Shown here: in pieces, positions 60,611-64,000 of the stretch
How positions within the stretch are numbered: position 1 is the first letter of the stretch
Layout of the letters: each line of letters opens with the position of its first letter
From: Bacteroidota bacterium
Lineage (GTDB): Bacteria; Bacteroidota; Bacteroidia; UKL13-3
NCBI GenBank assembly: GCA_027491355.1
Contig: JAIXWI010000034.1
Coordinates: 4,240-68,239, forward strand
Reading direction: 5' to 3'
Length of the DNA: 64,000 nt
The notes under the pieces: model-generated
What the model was told of the DNA's origin: nothing
The model's input: the letters and a program-made list of their open reading frames with translations, nothing else
Database searches by the model: none
Position numbers and translations under genes: made by a program

Positions 60611-61753
60611 TTAATTCATCAGCTCATTAGCCCAAAGCTTTTGCAGAAAATCTTTCCAAGGTAAAACCAAAATATTGTCTATAAGCCTTGGCATAGGCTC
60701 GTTACAGACTAAAATTAAATGTTTGGTTTTATACTCTTCGGCAAATTGTTTTAAGCCTGAAAGATGGCGTGAAGAAACATTGGTTGTTGATTTGACTTCA
60801 ACAGCCACTTCGTTATCACCCAATATAAAATCAACTTCAATTTGAGAAGCTGTTCGCCAATAATAAATTGGGTATTCAAGTCCAGAATACTGACTATGTG
60901 AGTAAATTTCATGGTAAATAAAATGTTCAAACGCATTGCCAAAAATCTCTGTTCCTAATTCTATTTTGCCTCTCTTGAGTAAGTGGTTTACAATACCCAC
61001 ATCAAAAAAATAAAATTTGGGCGCAGTAATCACCCTCCTTTTTGGTTTCTTTTGATAGGCTTGTACAAACCTCCCAATCAAGGTATCTTCAAGTATCTGA
61101 AAATACTCCTTTACTGTTGGTGCAGATACACCACAATCAGTAGCAATATTCGCATAGGTTACCATTTCACCATTACTGAAGGCGGCTGCTTCAAGAAACT
61201 TTGAGAATGATTGTATATTCCTAATTTTTGCCTCAGCTGCAATTTCATCTTTTAAGTAATTGCCAATATAGGCTGATAGGAGTTTTTTAGCATTTGTGGC
61301 TAGATAGTGTCGAGGTAAAAGTCCGTTGTTTAAAGCCCTTACTAAATCAAAATCGGGAATTTCACTGCTGACCAATGGATAAAGCTCGTACCTCAGGGCC
61401 CTTCCGCCCAAAAGATTGTATCCGCCCCTAAGAATTTTTCTTGCACTCGAACCACTGAGTACAAATTTTTTACTTTCATTGGTCATCAACCAATGTACTT
61501 CATTTAACAATTCGGGTATGCGCTGAATTTCATCAATAATCACCGTTTCTGATTCAGTTTTGGCTAAAATTGTTTCCCTAAGTATTGAGGGGTTCTTTGA
61601 AAGTCGCTCGTATAAGTCTGATTGGAGCAAATCAAACCATAAGGCATTTGGAAACAGGGCTTTCAAAAGCGTACTTTTCCCTGTTTGTCGAGCTCCCCAC
61701 AAGAATAAACTGTGGTTTTCTGCATCAATTAAGATTTGTTTTCGGGTAAACAT
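60611..61753 (-). CDS. AAA_14 ATPase with DUF4143 and a C-terminal PD-(D/E)xK-like domain
   Basis: GARQTGKST, IIDEIQR, LSGSS, LGGRA, PKFYFFDVG, YWRT..EVDFI..VEVK. Confidence 0.88.
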   Translation of the reverse strand: MFTRKQILIDAENHSLFLWGARQTGKSTLLKALFPNALWFDLLQSDLYERLSKNPSILRETILAKTESETVIIDEIQRIPELLNEVHWLMTNESKKFVLSGSSARKILRGGYNLLGGRALRYELYPLVSSEIPDFDLVRALNNGLLPRHYLATNAKKLLSAYIGNYLKDEIAAEAKIRNIQSFSKFLEAAAFSNGEMVTYANIATDCGVSAPTVKEYFQILEDTLIGRFVQAYQKKPKRRVITAPKFYFFDVGIVNHLLKRGKIELGTEIFGNAFEHFIYHEIYSHSQYSGLEYPIYYWRTASQIEVDFILGDNEVAVEVKSTTNVSSRHLSGLKQFAEEYKTKHLILVCNEPMPRLIDNILVLPWKDFLQKLWANELMN

Positions 61754-61762
61754 ACTACAATT

Positions 61763-61811
61763 ATACTTTATTTTATCATGATAAAAAAAAGTAATACTTT
61801 ATTTTATCATG
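61763..61811. promoter_or_regulatory. Operator-like direct and inverted repeat upstream of the AAA/DUF4143 gene
   Basis: ATACTTTATTTTATCATG occurs twice (61763-61780, 61794-61811). 61764-61793 is a 15+15 bp palindrome with 1 mismatch. Confidence 0.7.
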
Positions 61812-61858
61812 TAATTTAGCGCCTAGAAAATGTAGCGAATCTAACTCTAAGTTAAAAA

Positions 61859-61947
61859 GCTAAAGTACTCGATTACAACTTAACAAATAATTTGTGGGAA
61901 TTCATAACAAAGATGAAGCTTGTTGCATTCGCTGTTTAAAAGTTTAA
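61859..61947 (+). pseudogene. Degenerate orphan C-terminus of a FISUMP/Fib_succ_major-like (CLec-fold) domain
   Basis: AKVLDYNLTN, then after a frameshift FVGIHNKDEACCIRCLKV*. Compare the family terminus L.YN...NK..GFSVRCLKD*. Confidence 0.45.
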
Positions 61948-62042
61948 ATTATTGCAAACTTGAATACAAGTTTTTAAGAAACAGGGATTGGTATTTGATG
62001 GACTTAGTATCTGGAAAGGAGTGGAAATTTTTTTATAATAAA

Positions 62043-62070
62043 AAACTCCCTGCTTTTCAGCAGGGAGTTT
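62043..62070 (-). terminator. Intrinsic terminator of the Kelch/DUF1566 gene
   Basis: Minus strand AAACTCCCTGCT-GAAA-AGCAGGGAGTTT followed by a T-run. Confidence 0.8.
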
Positions 62071-62077
62071 GGGAGAA

Positions 62078-62149
62078 TAAAGCTTTAATGCAACTGACGG
62101 AATACAATGAAGTGCGGTATTGTCCATTTCCTATGTATGCATAGTTGTC
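62078..62149 (-). pseudogene. Degenerate orphan C-terminus of a FISUMP-like domain directly after the DUF1566 stop
   Basis: DNYAYIGNGQYRTSLYSVSCIKAL. TCC GTC AGT TGC ATT AAA GCT TTA is three substitutions from SVRCIKD*. Confidence 0.5.
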
Positions 62150-62156
62150 TTAAAAA

Positions 62157-64000
62157 TCAAAATGAACGAATGGCTCTAACATTGAAACTTGCGAATTTAG
62201 GCATGTTGTCATAATGCAGCCCATTTGAAAAATTATAGACAAATGCATTTCCAGCACTAACTTCAGTGCTGGTTCTATAGTACGTATTTTCAAATAGATT
62301 ACCACCATTTGCAAGCGAACCAGCATTGATAACGAATTGGTTTGTTAATAACTGACCCAGTTCCCCTAGAGATGGTAAATACCAATCATCATATCCATTT
62401 AGGTTTAAGTCAAAACATATTTTTGCAGCAATATTTGCTTCTGAACATTCATTCACAATTTTATTTGTATTTACTAAACCCGAACCAATTGAGGGAGATG
62501 TATTCCCAATAAAACTTCCAAAACATCCAAATTCACTGCCTGTACTTTGATCAATTGGAGCAACAATGATTCCATGTTTTTCACCAGCAACAAATCCTAT
62601 ATCACCAGGTTGGTATACATAACCTATTATACCACCTTGATGCCATAAACCTACTACTAAATCGGTGATTACGGTTCTTGTAAACACACAAGTTTTTCCT
62701 CCTATTGTAATACTAAAACTTGCCGTACCACTTGCATTTGGCGTACCTGAAATGCTCAGTACCAATGTGCCGTTTCCATTGTTCAAAGTTCCTGCTGCAA
62801 GTGTTGCTGTTAAGCCTGTTACTCCTATTGAACTGATGGCTCTCTCTTTATAAGATGCTCCACTAGCTCCAGTGTAATTCAGGGTTACCGTTACATTGTT
62901 GGCTGCTGTACTATTGTATAAATTTCCTGTATTGGCAGTGGTATCTTGTTGCAATGAACTCAAGCTTGGTAAAGGAAGTGGACATGGCTCATCTTGCGAT
63001 ACCCCATTGCATACATACTCTGCCCATTTGCAGGTACACAATTGGTCTTTACAGAAATACCTTTGGGCTTGGTTGCTTTGGATATTGGTAGTATCAGAAC
63101 CTCCGAATAAGAAGACCATGTTGTTTGCTGTTTTGGATTCAATATTGGTTCTGTTGGTATTTTGGGTATTGCTTTCTGCATACCATGCATTGCTTGTAAA
63201 GTCAAATACATAGACCTTGTTTGAATTGGTATTGCTGATTTGCTTTCCACCAAATACATACAATTTGTTGTCGTAATAGGTGGCACCCACTTGTGTCAAT
63301 GCTTCTGGTAAATCAGGCATGGCAGTCCAAGTATTGTTTGTTGGGTTGTACACCTCTACACCAGCTATTGGCTGATTGTTGTTATCAGTACCTCCAATTT
63401 TATACAACTTGTTGTTATAAGCTACCAATCTACTTTGGTTTGCGTTTATTGTTGGATTGGCAAGTGCTGTATAGCTATTTGTTTGTGGGTTGTATTGGGT
63501 GAAGGTGTTTTGGTTGTTATTAGTACCCAATACATATATTTTGTTGTTGATACTGGCTGCATACACACTGCTAGTTGAAGTACTGGTTTGGTTGGCTTGG
63601 TTTTGCCAAGTATTGGTAGCAATATCATACGCTTCTGAAGTACCATTGGTATTGAAGCAATATACCTTACCATTGGCTTCGGCTACTCCACATTCAATAC
63701 ATGGGCTTGGCTTGTTTGCTATAGCATTATATTTTCTGTCATTCACATTGTACTTATATGCATTGTTTGTATTGTTTTGGTTAAACAAGTAAATGTTAGA
63801 ATAGTAAGTAGTGGCTCTGACATTGCTTAATGCTGGTAAGTTCACTGTTGAAACAAGGGTGTCGTTTGAGCAGATATTGGCGGCGGCTAAAGCCGCCGCC
63901 AAACTCCTATAAGTAACACGAATAGTTTGGTCACTGCTTACATTGTTAAAAGTATAAGAACTAGCAGTAGGAACTTGAACCCCATTTACAATGACACTGT
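62157..64000 (-). CDS. Surface protein with B-repeat/Ig domain, Kelch propeller, Ig-like stalk and C-terminal DUF1566 (CLec) domain; 5' end outside the window
   Basis: The frame stays open past 63902 to the window edge (SVIVNGVQVPTASSYTFNNVSSDQTIRVTY). Kelch repeats (KLYVFGG, EVYNPTNNTW) follow, then GVTGLTATLAAGTL..ISGTP, then GGIIGYV..HGII..GYDDWYLPSLGEL..NVRAIRSF. Confidence 0.85.
   Translation of the reverse strand, partial: SVIVNGVQVPTASSYTFNNVSSDQTIRVTYRSLAAALAAANICSNDTLVSTVNLPALSNVRATTYYSNIYLFNQNNTNNAYKYNVNDRKYNAIANKPSPCIECGVAEANGKVYCFNTNGTSEAYDIATNTWQNQANQTSTSTSSVYAASINNKIYVLGTNNNQNTFTQYNPQTNSYTALANPTINANQSRLVAYNNKLYKIGGTDNNNQPIAGVEVYNPTNNTWTAMPDLPEALTQVGATYYDNKLYVFGGKQISNTNSNKVYVFDFTSNAWYAESNTQNTNRTNIESKTANNMVFLFGGSDTTNIQSNQAQRYFCKDQLCTCKWAEYVCNGVSQDEPCPLPLPSLSSLQQDTTANTGNLYNSTAANNVTVTLNYTGASGASYKERAISSIGVTGLTATLAAGTLNNGNGTLVLSISGTPNASGTASFSITIGGKTCVFTRTVITDLVVGLWHQGGIIGYVYQPGDIGFVAGEKHGIIVAPIDQSTGSEFGCFGSFIGNTSPSIGSGLVNTNKIVNECSEANIAAKICFDLNLNGYDDWYLPSLGELGQLLTNQFVINAGSLANGGNLFENTYYRTSTEVSAGNAFVYNFSNGLHYDNMPKFASFNVRAIRSF
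63877..63902. repeat. GC-rich perfect palindrome inside coding sequence
   Basis: TTGGCGGCGGCT-AA-AGCCGCCGCCAA, read in frame as LAAALAAAN. Confidence 0.85.

Noticed and set aside
61920..62144. ORF-track ORFs 61920..62144 (+) and 61936..62127 (-)
   Set aside because: Both run through a terminator hairpin and have no recognisable motifs. The meaningful relics are in other frames.
61800..62400. Diversity-generating retroelement (CLec-fold target plus downstream GAAA-loop hairpin)
   Set aside because: No reverse transcriptase is in the window. The downstream fragments are not adenine-variant copies of the gene's 3' end, so there is no TR/VR pair. The hairpin has a T-tract like a normal terminator. 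A remote DGR cannot be excluded.
63900..63902. TTG start at 63902 given by the ORF track
   Set aside because: The frame is open to the window edge and encodes an Ig/B-repeat-like sequence, so the true start is outside the window.

Overview
AT-rich chromosomal segment of a Bacteroidota bacterium, judged from TAnnTTTG promoters, T9SS-type cargo proteins and an S46 peptidase. Most of it is housekeeping: ppk1, rnpB (RNase P RNA), fmt, Sua5, CCA enzyme, guaA, mnmH, uvrA, ligA, queE and priA. It also carries four large secreted or surface proteins, a Y1 (HUH) transposase with REP-like hairpins and an AAA/DUF4143 ATPase. The most interesting locus is a Kdo/8-amino-Kdo cluster (kdnA-kdnB-kdsA-X-kdsC-like, with kdsB nearby) that has no kdsD in the window. 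Gene X is a transaldolase/FSA-type barrel with a remodelled active site fused to a KdsD-type CBS pair, so it is a candidate new arabinose-5-phosphate-forming enzyme. At the right end, a Kelch/Ig/DUF1566 surface gene is followed by two degenerate orphan C-type-lectin (FISUMP-like) C-termini in opposite orientations. The same gene contains an in-frame GC-rich palindrome at a domain junction, which suggests tip or domain shuffling. Family calls come from motif recognition only; no database searches were run.
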